A DNA stretch of 63,100 nucleotides, counting the filler, from Sphacelaria rigidula (Eukaryota), in assembly GCA_964200075.2 (NCBI GenBank). It is 7 parts of 7 records of this genome, joined end to end, with 100 filler letters (N's around TTAATTAATTAA, not from the genome) between each part and the next. Parts side by side here need not be neighbours in the genome. Positions count along the whole stretch, not along the records: positions 1 to 8,930 come from CAXNAA020009727.1; positions 9,031 to 17,959 come from CAXNAA020009728.1; 5 more parts are not named here. One strand, 5' to 3'. The notes beneath the pieces were generated by a model, which saw nothing but the letters and a program-made list of their open reading frames with translations, made no database searches and was not told where the DNA came from. Shown piece after piece: positions 1 to 12,123 of the stretch (the first letter of the stretch is position 1; each line of letters begins with the position of its first letter). Both the position numbers and the translations under genes were made by a program.

Positions 1-1494
1 GTCCCGGCTTTGTAGGGATGCGAGGTCAATGGTCTGATGACTATGGCATGCATGATCATGAGTACACCCCTCAAAAACTCGAATTTCCGATCTTGGGGCG
101 TGCGTGTCCCGAAAAACGTGTTCAACTGCCCCTTGAACCCAGTACGGTTCGAAAGCTCATGGGCAACTATTGAACCGATCCTTTTGGCATCCGAAGTAAT
201 TCAGGGTAAATTTCACGGCCTGTTGCTAGGTCTCTTCTGATTCATACGCACACACCCTGGAGTCCACCCAACCTAGCCCCTCCCTCGCAACAACAGCTCT
301 TCTTTCAGCTTGACCGAAACCTGCCGACAACGGGTCTGACCATTTTTACGATATGGTTTTGTCAAAATAGCAATCATAAAGAATGCTCGGTTTGCTGGCT
401 GTGTGCACCCGCGGATGCTGACTACCTGTTGTCCGGACCCTGTGTGGGCATATCTCTCGGCGGTGGAGAAGCGTGTCTTCCCTTCTAGTGCAGGTGGGCT
501 TTGATAGAAATATGATCAATAGTGCTATACAGGCGACGCAATACTTCGCCAGTATCCTCTCATCAACAGTTGAACTGGCGACTATACACGGTTCGCATGT
601 ACTGTGCAGACAACGGCAGTTTGCAGCAGCTCTGGCAACATTTCCAGGCCCTTATCCTTCCACAGCACCCACTGTAATGTCCTGCACGGCCATGTTGCAC
701 CCGGCCCTATCCTGTACTATCCTGTACTATCCTGTACTATCCTGTAGTACTGTATATCATTATACTGTACTGTCCTGTCCTGTCCCTGGCGTCTCGTCGA
801 GCTGTGCCTCTCTCCGGCGGGCTAACTTCGCAGAAGAGTCTTACATGCAAGGTTTTTGGATACTTACTGTAATGGAGATATCTTCAAAATGCCCATAATG
901 GCGATCGACTGGCTAGCTGGGGGCTGTACTACACTCTGCTGTAGGGGAGTATCAGACAGTCAAGACCGCAGTATCCAAGGGACAGCAAAAAATCATCTAC
1001 ACCAGTTGAAGACTTCAAGATTAGCTATCCATCGGCCTGGTAGGGGATCAGTGGACAGTGAGTGCAACGAGCAGCGACATGGGCCGCGCACCTTGTAATG
1101 CCTCATTTCGGAACACCCTCGCTAACATGCGTGGTTCGAGCTCCATGAGCCATGTTTGAAACCCAAGTAGTTGAATCTCTGCTGATTGGTTACACGCTGA
1201 TTGCATTCAACATGCATCACCGCAAGATGCGTAGCAGTGAGTCGCCGATTCGAACTCTGTGACGAAGCAGGAACCAGCATGGGGCGTTTCCTCCCGTCGT
1301 GTATCATGAAAAGGCGGACGGCACACGGCACACGGAAAAAGATGCATGTTGCGGGGGAACTTTTTTGTACTTCAATCGAGGTGGAAAATTGGAAGAGGTG
1401 TAATGCAATTCAATGCCTGTTTTGTAGCACGTCTTTGGTTCACAGTCTGTGTCAGAACTCAGGCCGCGTGTTATTGCAAACAAAGAAGATCGTG

Positions 1495-1865
1495 TGAAAC
1501 TGCTATTTTGGTCGTTCTGCGTCGTTTTTCTCTTTCAAAGAGGGCTAGGTCGATATTGACACCTTGGAATGTGTTGCTATATCCGTTGAGACCGTTCCAG
1601 GAAACCCCGTGCGTCTACCGTTTTTTTTCTTGACAGACCTGTATTTTTGTTCAAGAAACGGTCAAGTTCAAGAAAGCAGTTTTTCCTGGGCTTGACCGTT
1701 CTTGACCGTTTTTGGCCGTTCTTGGACAAAAATGCGACTTTGGCCAAAGAGGAAACTGCGGCAACCGGAAAACACGAAGGTGTCCTGGAACGGTCTCAAC
1801 GAGTTGAGCAAGTCATTCCAAGGCGTCGACGTCGGTCTATCCCTATTTTAGGGCGTAAAACGAAG
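1495..1865. mobile_element. Palindromic repeat family E (MITE-like)
   Basis: GACACCTTGGAAT...GAGACCGTTCCAGG is inverted within the copy; relatives at ~45870-46630 and ~53365-53530. Confidence 0.7.
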
Positions 1866-3400
1866 AACCCTGTCTGTTCGTATCGGTTGTTGATTGTATC
1901 GTTGATCGGTGGCTTTGCGGTACTCCCTGGTGTGTGTCTGTACCTACTTTGCTACTCGAACACTGAATTTGTTTTGTCTTGTTTGATTTTGTCTTTTCTT
2001 CTGTGTTTTTTTTTTTTTTAGCGAGTGTATCAGTTTTTTTTTGTCTTGGGTACGTACGTCTATCATGCGACCATGGCTGGACCCCTGGGGGGTCAGGTGA
2101 AGTGCGACAATCAATCAAATCGTCCATAAGAAGCGGCCTCCAAGCTCCAATATGGAAATATTTCACACCTTGGACAATATATGGTCAATGGTTGCAGTAG
2201 ACGAGAAAGGTACTGCATAAAGTATAGGCCTATACTTTATGGAGTACACTTCTCGTCTATTGCATCTATTGACCATATATTGTCCAGGGTATGAAATATT
2301 TCGAGCTGTACGATCCCTTCGTGCTTGCTTCTGGGCGCGATCGACGCCCATCCTAAACAAGGCCGTGGAAGGAGGTTGTGACTCAGCTACTTTTGCAGAA
2401 TCTCTTATACACGAGCATGGCAGGCGCGAGGCACAGACATTAATTTGACGTAAGAAAATAAACAAAAAACAAGACAAATAAATCGAAGCGAACAAATGAA
2501 AAAAGTTGCAAGAAAAGAAGTGTGTAGAACTTTGAATTGCCGAAGTCAACGAGACTTGATTTTGATCTTTTTTCTTATTGGATCACGACTGTGTTTGAAT
2601 TGCGATCACAATTGTGCATATGTATTGAAGGTCACGGATCGACGGCCGATATCAATACGGCCGCCTTTGACAGTAGGGGTGAAGGAACACGCAATAGGCT
2701 GACTGCTCTCTACAAATCTTTATGCAGGCAATCCTGAAAAATGGGAACAAATTATGCTTTGACAGCCATTTGATTCGATGTAATAGTTCAGTATATAATT
2801 TTGGCGTCTGTTCGTTCCCGTAGGAAAACCTCGTTCCCCTTCTTAAGGATCGTCTGAACTTCGCGCGGGTGGGTTGCCATTCGGCCAGCAGTTGTATGAA
2901 GCCCATTTATAGACAGTAGTAGTGATGCCCTGGCGGCGTTTGCTTGTGTACAGGTATGCGGCTGCCTGCCGGTACATGAACGCCGTGGCTTGCAGCACCA
3001 ATTCGTTGGCTTTCCATTTTTTTTCGCTGTGCATCTTGCCGTAGGTTTTGCCACGTTGTGTAGCTGCAGCAACCCCCGATGCAGTACCAAACAAACGCTG
3101 ATATCAAACGGTGGAGTGCACGGAGGAAAGCCCAGCGGGGAGGGCACACCGCGGAAGTATTCGTACTGTGCAAGAAACGACTGAGTCCACCAGCCGCGGT
3201 TGTGCTCTGAAGCTACTTCTGGTGAAAGCTTTTGAGTTTCCAGTGTAGGGTGGTACTCGATCGCAAGATACCCTAGTTCACAATTCGGTGGGAGGAAAGC
3301 GTAACTTAGTCCTCTCTCTTTTGTGCTCACCGCCACTAAAATCAACCCTGGACACTTGTTGTCCATGGAGTGAAATCGGAGATGAAATTTTTTCGCTTGA

Positions 3401-3659
3401 GAGCAATGCTACGGTAGGGGTGCACTTTTTGCGCAAAATGTTGTCTGGTTGAGGGGGTCCCAACTAGGATTCTAGATGCACGAGAATATGGATCAGGGCA
3501 TCCCCGTTTGCAAATCCATTCGAGATATCCCTAGCACATTGGAATAGTAAGCTCGGTGCACTCTCACGTATTTCATATGTCGTGTTTTGGATTAGTCAAA
3601 GGGCTCCTAACAATTCTAGCCTCAGAACATATTTATGCACCTCTACCGTAGCATCGCTC
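3401..3659 (+). mobile_element. Sola2-like MITE, family D
   Basis: TIR GAGCAATGCTACGGTAGGGGTGCA / TGCACCTCTACCGTAGCATCGCTC; flanks TTGA / TTGC. Confidence 0.82.
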
Positions 3660-3665
3660 TTGCAG

Positions 3666-3853
3666 CTGACGGTCGTGCATGCGTCTCAACGTGTCCTCCG
3701 TGTTCGAAAGGTGACGAGCTGTCGTGCTGCCCGGCTGTGCGAAATGGGCGACCAAGATGGGTTACACCCGGTTGCACCAACCACCGCGCCCTCAGGTGGC
3801 TCCATGCCTTCCAAGCTCGTTGTCGTTTCTACCGGTCTGTGGGGGGCACTATG
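3666..3853 (+). CDS. Candidate exon of an unidentified gene
   Basis: TTGCAG acceptor, TG|GTAAGA donor; frame ...KLVVVSTGLWGAL(W) joins in phase to 4782-4881. Confidence 0.35.
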
Positions 3854-4781
3854 GTAAGAAACAGTTCATCTCAGTACTCCTATCTGTAGCGAAGGTCATG
3901 TACTGTTTTCAGCAAAGAGTAGTCTCTGTACGTCATTCCGGTGGTATAGCATGTACGGCCCATTTGATCCTTAAGCAACGCGAGCCGAACACACGCGAGC
4001 TGTCATCTCGGCAAGTAGTGTGACCTGTTGCAATACTCTACACGAGGACTGTGCAAGCTCCAGAGCCAATGCCGTACCTGGTATGACTCTCGGTACTACT
4101 GATGCATCAAGTGAGGGCAAGCTGCGCCACAGTCACGCTGTCTCAAGTCTACAGTAGTAGTGCGGTGCTGGCTCAACTTCACGCAATGGAGTATGACACC
4201 TCTGGCGTGGTGCATCTTGCAACTCCGAATTTCTAGAGCGAACAAGAGCAGCACTCCTAACGGACAACATTCATGGAAAGATCTAGGGCGAGACATTCCC
4301 GCCGACACGTATGGTCGCCGAACTTTTGAAAGAACTCGGAGTCGGAGATATCCTCAACTTCTTGGGTGTAGTCTAGCACAAAGCACACGCCTGACTTGCT
4401 TCAGTTGCAAACCGACTTCGTTCGTGCTCGCTGGTCGGGTCCGTGTTTTTTTGCGAGTTTTTTGGGTGGTGGGTTAAGGCCACAAGATCTCACATCTCAT
4501 GACCCATGGGTCTGGAGGCTAAAAGCGCAATGACTTGGTACCTATCTGTCGTGTCGAAGCCGAAATATTTGACGAAATGGTGCCCCAATTGTCACGAAAT
4601 TGTGCCGCAAATGCACTAGTACAATCGATTTTTGACTAGTGCACAGTAGAGTTACCGCGCGTTCGCTTGTTACGGCGCAGTGACAATGCAGCTATCATGC
4701 ATCGTGAGTCTGTGGCGTAAGCCTCGGTATTTGTTGTTGTGTTTGTCGCGCGTGTCGTGCTTGTGCCTGTCTCTTGTGAAG

Positions 4782-4881
4782 GAATGTAGAATTCATGCGT
4801 GAGCGTCTGCAGCAGGCTGGCGGAGCCGGCGTGCTGGTGTACTCTGCGGTTTGCAACGCCCTGCTCAACTCGTACAGTGGG
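4782..4881 (+). CDS. Candidate internal exon of an unidentified gene
   Basis: AG acceptor after pyrimidine-rich tract, GGG|GTGAGT donor, GC3-rich codons: NVEFMRERLQQAGGAGVLVYSAVCNALLNSYSG. Confidence 0.5.
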
Positions 4882-5027
4882 GTGAGTCTGCACCATCGTT
4901 ACCTACTGAATAGTATTGCTGTTGCTGCTGTTGCTGTTGTTGTTGATGACGGTGATGACACAGCTACTGTTGTTATTGTTGTTACTATTACCATTATTAA
5001 TTATTATTATGGTAGTGACTGTGTAAA

Positions 5028-5775
5028 TCGGCCGCCCCCCCAAGCAATGGGAGGATACCCTAAAGGAGAACCTACGTGCACTAGGGGCTGTCCCGCACAA
5101 AGGAGCCCGACGAAAGTGGTTCGTTTACGGTCTAGAGGTCAACGATGCACACGATTGTGTCACTGCGGCGAAGGGCCTGGGCAAATGGCATATTGGAGTC
5201 GAAAAGGGAGCGGAAGAGTTTGAGGACACGTGGCGACGCGCGGACAAGCGAGAATCAGACCAACATCACAAGCGAGAGGCTGCCACGTCGAGGGCTGCCA
5301 ATCGGAAAATCCTGTCCTCTCATATCGGTTGTTGGTGTTGTCCTTAGTCGGTGGCCCCGCGGTGCCCACTGGTGTGTGTCTGCCTCTACTCTGTTGTAAT
5401 GAATCCCTTAGCGTTTTTTGTTTTTCCTTTTTTGTTTTTCTTTCTTTTTCTTTCCCCATCGTTCCATTGTATTTTTTTATTCAATGTACTTTCCTCTTGT
5501 TTTCCTCTTTCTTGCTTTAGGGCGGCCATTTCTTTCTGCGCTTTGCTTGTGTTGCATTTTTATTACTTTTTTCTTGTCACGACTTAGTCTGCTGTGTCGT
5601 TCTGTTCGACCCCTCTTTCTTTCTTTTTCCTGTTCCTATTATTTTCTGTTCCTTTTTTTTTCTTCACCTTAGAGCGTGTTTGAATTCCGTTTTTCTTGAG
5701 TACGTCCATGATGAGACCACGGCTGAACCCCTGGGGGGTCAGTTAAGGTGCGACAATCATTCAAAATCAATCAAA
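5028..5775 (+). mobile_element. 5'-truncated RTE-like LINE (ORF C-terminus, 3' UTR, CAAT-type tail)
   Basis: RPPPKQWEDTLKENLRALG...KWHIGVEKGAEEFEDTW; ends CCCCTGGGGGGTCAGTTAAGGTGCGACAATC. Confidence 0.8.
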
Positions 5776-7324
5776 ATTATTTGTTGTTATATTGCTGTTG
5801 TAATTGTTAAATGTTGTTGCTGTCCTTATTATCATTATTATTATTATTGCTATTACTATTATTTCCGCACATTAGCCCGACTTCTCGAACCGGTGGTCGC
5901 ATTCGTCATTGTAGTATCCATGCGATTGATCAGCTCTCAAGACACGTTATTTTGGGGGAGGAAATTTGTTACATCTTTCAGCACTCCAAGGCACGCCGCA
6001 TCGTGCAGTGAAATTAATAGATGTATTGTCCCGATGGGAGTTCGTAGCAGGTCTCCTCAGGAGCGATAGCCTGAAAAGCCTCAGATCGGTAGAAAAAGGG
6101 GTAAGGGACGGCGGCTGTGTATATCCCCGTGTTATTTGTCACTACGTCGCAGTTGTACTAGCCCATTATCCAGAAAAAAAATGGATTGATGCCTAGGCAC
6201 TGTCTGGGATGTGAGAGAGCCATGTTAGGCTTAGAACACAACTCTGATGAGCCTGGATTTTGCCCAAAAAAAACGTACACAACGCCTGGATACTGACTGA
6301 ACTCTGAGACAATTTTTTGGCGTCGAAATAGCGGTGAGACTTCGTGTTTGGTCCAAACAAATCGGCGGCGGCGGGCGATGTGGCTTCTGGAATAAAAGTT
6401 ACAAGCCCCCTTCATTGTTTTTTTTTTGTGTGTCCTTGGAGGAAGGAAGAAAACCCCACCCAACACTTACCCCGCGGACTGGTGCGTGTGCCGATCACCC
6501 GAAGGCTTGGCTAGACCACTGTGTGGCGGTCATATGCGGTTGTCGCCTCGAGCGTTCGGGAAACATCTCTCGAGGCAGTGCGGGAGTTGAACCCCCTAAA
6601 ACCCCCGGTCGACTTGGCGCAGTGCACGCGACGCCCTACTCGATGGCCTCGGCTCTTGTGCGCATGTGACCGAACTAGGCTAACAATAACAAGCTCATGG
6701 GAAAAAGGCGTAACTCGTGGAAGTGTCGGTACAGTGCGGCCCGCTATAGCGCGGAGTCCCACTGCAGCTTCGTCAAAATCCCAGGCAAAACCTCCGTCCT
6801 ACTGTGGTCGGGTGGTCTCGGTACAATGCGGTTACCGCGCTGTATCGGGACTACCGCACTATAACGGGAATGATCACCCTTGTGAACTACAACCCACTAC
6901 ACACGGCACCCGCCTGGAAGGTTCCACAGGAAAATTTGAACATTTGGGCACTCGAAAGTCGAAATCTCAACAACTGCACCAGCCGATCGCTCAATTGATG
7001 CAGTACCTAAATTGCGAGGAAATCTGCACTTAAGCACTGTCTCTGTTGTGGTTAGTTACCGAAGCTCTGCTTGTATGACCACTTGCGACCAACGGGAAGT
7101 GTCGATTTTGTTTCGCTGTGACATGTGAATGAAGAAAGGTGAGTTACGAGTGCGAAATGACAAAGCAGGGCCCGGTCGACCCAAGACCAAATATGTCTCC
7201 CCTTGCAGCAGAGTATGACGCAGAATCAACACGGCAGGCAGAGATGTTGGCGCGTTTTCCCGAAGCTTAGGGAGAGGAGGGCACTGCTTTGGTCCTGTTC
7301 AGCAGACACAAGTGAACGCTTCAT

Positions 7325-7960
7325 TTAATTGATTGATTGATTGATTGTCGCACTTTGACTGCCTTCCCAGGGATCCAGCCGTGGTCGCGTGACAGACGTA
7401 CCTACCCGAGACGAGACAAAACTGAAACACTCGCTGAAGAAAGAGAAGGAACAGAAAAATGTCGAACAGAACAATACAGTAGACTGAGACGTTGAAAAAA
7501 AAATGAAAAGAAAGTGAGCAGAATCAAAGCACAGAAAGAAATGGCCGGTCTGAAACAAAAAAGGGAAAAAGCCGAGTGGATTCAGGGCAGCAGAGTAGAT
7601 ACAGACACACACCGGTGGGCGCCGCAGAGCCATCGATTAAGGATACAATCAACAACCGATATGAGCAGACAGGATTCTTCGATTGGCTGCCCTTGACGTT
7701 GCAGCCTCTCGTCGGTGACGGCGGTCCGATTCTCGTTTGGCCGCGCGTCGCCACGTGTCCTCAAACTCCTCCGCTCCTCTTTCGACTCCAATGTGCCATC
7801 TGCCCTTGTTGTTCGCCGCAGTGACCCAATCGTATGCATCGTTAACCTCTACATCGTAGACACACCATTTCCGTTGGGCTCCTTTGTGCAGGACAGCCAC
7901 TAGTGCACGTAGGTCCTCCTGGAGGTTACCCCCCCATTGCTTGGGGGAGCGGCAGGCCAA
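7325..7960 (-). mobile_element. 5'-truncated RTE-like LINE, same family as 5028-5775
   Basis: Homologous peptide (ORF 7649-7975) and GTGCGACAATCAATCAATC tail; shorter copies at 1866-2120, 8241-8470, 62285-62330. Confidence 0.8.
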
Positions 7961-8930
7961 GTGTGGCAAAAACAAAGTGTTGAACGTTTGGATCCGGCGT
8001 GTCTGTGATTGATCAAGCCTGTGTGTGGAGAGTGTAGAAACACTTGGATTCGCGTCGACGTTGCTGTGTCCGGGGCCTTTTTACTGTAAAGTGCTGAAGT
8101 GCTGCTTGCAGCGTGGTGCTTGCCGTTTGCCAAGATTTCGATGGAATGCAGTCCACCCTTTTGAATGGCATCATGCTGCATGGCGCCGGGTGCGATTCGA
8201 TGCAAGTTGTCCATTACCGCCAGGGACAGCGTGGAAGTCATTTGATTGATTGATTAATTGTCGCACTTTAACAATGATCACATGACTAAGGCAAGCAACA
8301 AATGAGTACGCCCCCCCAGGTAGTCATGATCCGGCCTTGGTCATTATCCAGATGATGGACATATCCGAGATAAAACGGAACTGAAACACTCGCTGAAGAA
8401 AAGTGAATAGATAAAAAACAGAGAAGGTAAAACAGACACATGGAGTAGACCAAAAAAATGAGAGAAAATGTGTATGCATGCAGTAATTCATGCACCTCCT
8501 AAATCTGCAGTTAATTGGCAACGGACGGGTCGATTATGAGATACGCATCGCTCATTGATCATACAATATATTTCTGTACAGGGATATGTATTATAACTAT
8601 ATATGTACTTCCCTGTGTTAACACGTCTGCGATCAGGATGGAGGTACATGCTGCGTGGCAGTCTGCATGCACTTGAGAATGAAGCATTCACTCCACGGCC
8701 AAATCGTGCTTCTCCCGTATACCAATGTATTGTAAATGGAAATATAGACAAAATCGCACCGCGAAAATGTTCGAAGGGTCCATGGGCCACCCCGCATACG
8801 GACCTGCTCCGTCTCGAAAGGGATCCGTGGTCAATGGTCAAATGACTAAGGCAAGCAACAAATGAGTACGCGACACCCGCCACCCCCACACCCCCAGACC
8901 CCCCACGTCACTCCACCCCCCACCGAGGAC

Positions 8931-9030
8931 NNNNNNNNNNNNNNNNNNNNNNNNNNNNNNNNNNNNNNNNNNNNTTAATTAATTAANNNNNNNNNNNNNN
9001 NNNNNNNNNNNNNNNNNNNNNNNNNNNNNN
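8931..9030. other. Artificial contig linker (N44-TTAATTAATTAA-N44)
   Basis: Identical 100-bp six-frame-stop spacer repeated six times; flanking contigs shrink from 8930 to 8927 bp. Confidence 0.98.
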
Positions 9031-12000
9031 CTGTCTCGGCTTTGTAGGGATGCGAGGTCAATGGCCAGATGGCTATGGCATGCATGATCATGAGTACACC
9101 CCCCCAACCGTGGATCGGCCAAAAACACCTAGAGTCAACGTATGTTCGCGATGATTGTTTCTGAAGTGACAGTACGCCTACGTAAATGAAGAGATGAAGG
9201 TTAAAGTTTGCGTAGAAATCACTGCAGAAGATTCTTCTCAATCGCTCCTGAGCCAAGTCAAGTTTCGCACCTTCGGTGAAAATCAGTTACATCGGGTACA
9301 TGGTTGTATAAATGGTGCACGCGGGCTACCACTACTTCTGCGATACCTACTTCTGCAATAAGCGCGAACAACATGCACCACGCCTGCGCCCTTTTAGTCT
9401 TCGGTTTTCGAGGCCGGGCTGGGATACGTTCATCATGGTTTGATATTGCCCCATGTCACATAATCTGAACAGTACACAATGCAGTATACTGTGCCGCTGC
9501 TGTACCGTACCTGCCTTCTTCATCAGTGCCTGGATACAGCAGTACGAATACAGCCAGTTTCCCACCGGTTTCTACTGTACACAGTGGTCCGCACTGTTTT
9601 CATCTCTTCGTAGCATTCCACAACTGTGTCCAACTATCTTGATACCACATGGGGAGCAGGCAGATATCAAGGAATGCTGCGCAAGGAGAAAATAAAACGT
9701 ATTTTTTTCGTGCTTCAATAGCCTAGTGGTCGCTATACAGAATATTATCATGCAGTTTGACTGCGACATCATTGAAGGTAGAAGGGATAGTCGACTTGCA
9801 CAAAAGCATGGTGTACCATTTGGCCGATCAAAACTATCGAAATGAAGACTGCCTTACATCCACTGGGAAGTTCCCTGGAAACCACGCATGGTTGATCTGG
9901 GTGCCTTATTGATTCATCTGGGAACCCGCCCCCCTGCCCTCTCAAACAGCAACCGCTCGCCCTCTTCATAAGTGGGGCAGGCATCTGGTGATTTTATTCC
10001 AAGACGAAACTCGCAGTCAAAGGGTGAAACCAAACGCGGGGCGAATAGTTCGTGCTACATGACAGCTTCCTTCACGTAAACTAAGGCACTAAGAACGAGA
10101 AAAACGAGGGAGATCAGTTATATTTTGTAGCAGCTCTTTGCTCCGCCGTAGCGTCAACGGTCAGCCTTATCAAAAATCCGTTTGCTCCAGCTGAAAACGT
10201 CTGAGCACGTGCTCCTTGGCGTGGTTGTTGCCATTTCCTTAGACCAGACTGTGGAGCCCGAGACTCGATCAATCGCACGTATTTGTTGAGATAACGTGAG
10301 GGAATAGCATGCTAACGACGGCCTACTTCCCAGAATGATCGGGTTTAGATTTTCAGGGTTCACAGCGGCGAGAATGGTGGCAACCTCGACCTCAACAGGC
10401 GATTGATATTTCGAGCTGAAACGTGTCATGCTCTGGGTGCGTTCGACGCGCACTCTCCTCAGACCACAAAGACGAGACGATGTTCTCGGCCATTTCGCCA
10501 CGGGAGAAAAAAAACAGTAGTCATTGCGTGATATTTCGGCGGACACATGTGGGTAGAATCAAGTATCGTGGGACTTGGTGAGACCTAGATTTCTCTGGAT
10601 TCGGATCGCACCTGTATCGCCGTACAAATAGGTGTCTAACAGCCGTTCTGAATGATGGAAACATGTGGCATTTCCCTCGAAATTTTCCGAATACGGCTAT
10701 TCTTCTTTCCATGATGACTTTCCGAATATATTATATTGTAGCGATCATACCTATTATCATTTGCCTCAAATCTCTTCTTGACAGACAGGTGTCATGTAGC
10801 CACCACTTCGCCTCTACTAGTACATTCCTTTTACGCGCTGTGTCCTGCATAGCGTGATGGCGTTGCGATGCGCTCTGTGTCTGTGTCCACGTTTCAGCGG
10901 ACCCCTCGATCGTCAGCAGTGCCGCCATGTATCTCGATCGCTCATTTGTGGTATCGGCATATTTTTTTACTTGAAAATTGAATCGGCATCAAGTTCGTGT
11001 GACAATCACTAGACACGAGATTAAATCGTGCTGTCGCTCTCTGTTGAACACAGTCTACCTCTCGGGGCGGGGCTCGCGCACCTCCAGCGTGTTTGATCTA
11101 GCATGCGTGTGCCATTGTTTCTACTGCACTCCTGTTTTCCCTGTCTCTGCACTGCTGCTGCTGCAGATGATGCTATGTACTACTTTTATGCCATATGCAA
11201 GTATTTTGTTCACTTCGGTTTCGACGTTGAGTCGGCATCGTCTCAACAGGTGCTGACCCGTTGTGTGCGTGTGCTGTGCGCGGGTCTCACACAAACAATC
11301 GTTTCTCATTGAATTCCAAAACGCTTTGTGCAAGGTCACGCACCACGTGCTCAGTTGAGCTCCACTGCACTGCACTGCATGTGTGATCTTTCTGTTCTCT
11401 GAGGCGACCATAGCGGTGGTGGGCGCTGCGGCGCTTTTGTGATACGATGAGATCGGGTTCGAAAACTTCCAACACGTCCGTCATGGAAACTGCCGTTTTT
11501 GTCCTCGTTTTCCGATTAGAATTTGTAAAATATATAAAAAAGACGAGGGCAACGTAGCGAGAGGATCCCATCGTGTCGAAGGTGTTCAAGGCTATGAACT
11601 GTAGGTCGACATCACTAGCTTTTCCAGCGATGAGGGTACCCCAACAAGGCGTAAGCTGTGCTCTACACCCTACTCCGCCAGAAGGTTTTCTGTGTATCCA
11701 GCAATAACATTACTATCTCATCTATGGTATGCAGTGCAGTGGTATGCTTGCGATATACTTCCATGCATAGGCACGCGGCTGGGTTGGCGCACGAACAGGT
11801 ACTGTCGTTTGTAAATAGCACTAAAGAGCTTGCTTTTTCGTTGGCATGGAGGCACGAGGTCGCTAAGCGCGATATGCACCGATCTCGTTCGCGCAGCCAA
11901 TCGTATTGCACAGCATCCCTGTAGGCTTTAGGGAACGAAATGCACGTATGGCAGTCGTGGACTCCCAATCTTGAACCCCCAAATTCCGTACACGTCCATA

Positions 12001-12123
12001 AAACAGAGGTCGTGGCTGCGCCATGTCTACAGCTTGCGTTTTCGAAGGGTTGCGCACGCGGAAGCACTTATTCCCTCTCCGCGTCGTATCTCACAACGAC
12101 TCTGGTAACGCAAATTTCCGCAG

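Noticed and set aside
20-110. CTGATGA in the poly(C) element as a hammerhead ribozyme core
   Set aside because: No suitably placed GAAA or stems, and the motif is not conserved in the 9031 copy or in variant 2.
6334-7033. 170-aa ORF and overlapping ORFs
   Set aside because: No recognisable motif or clear splice boundaries; consistent with chance ORFs in GC-rich DNA.
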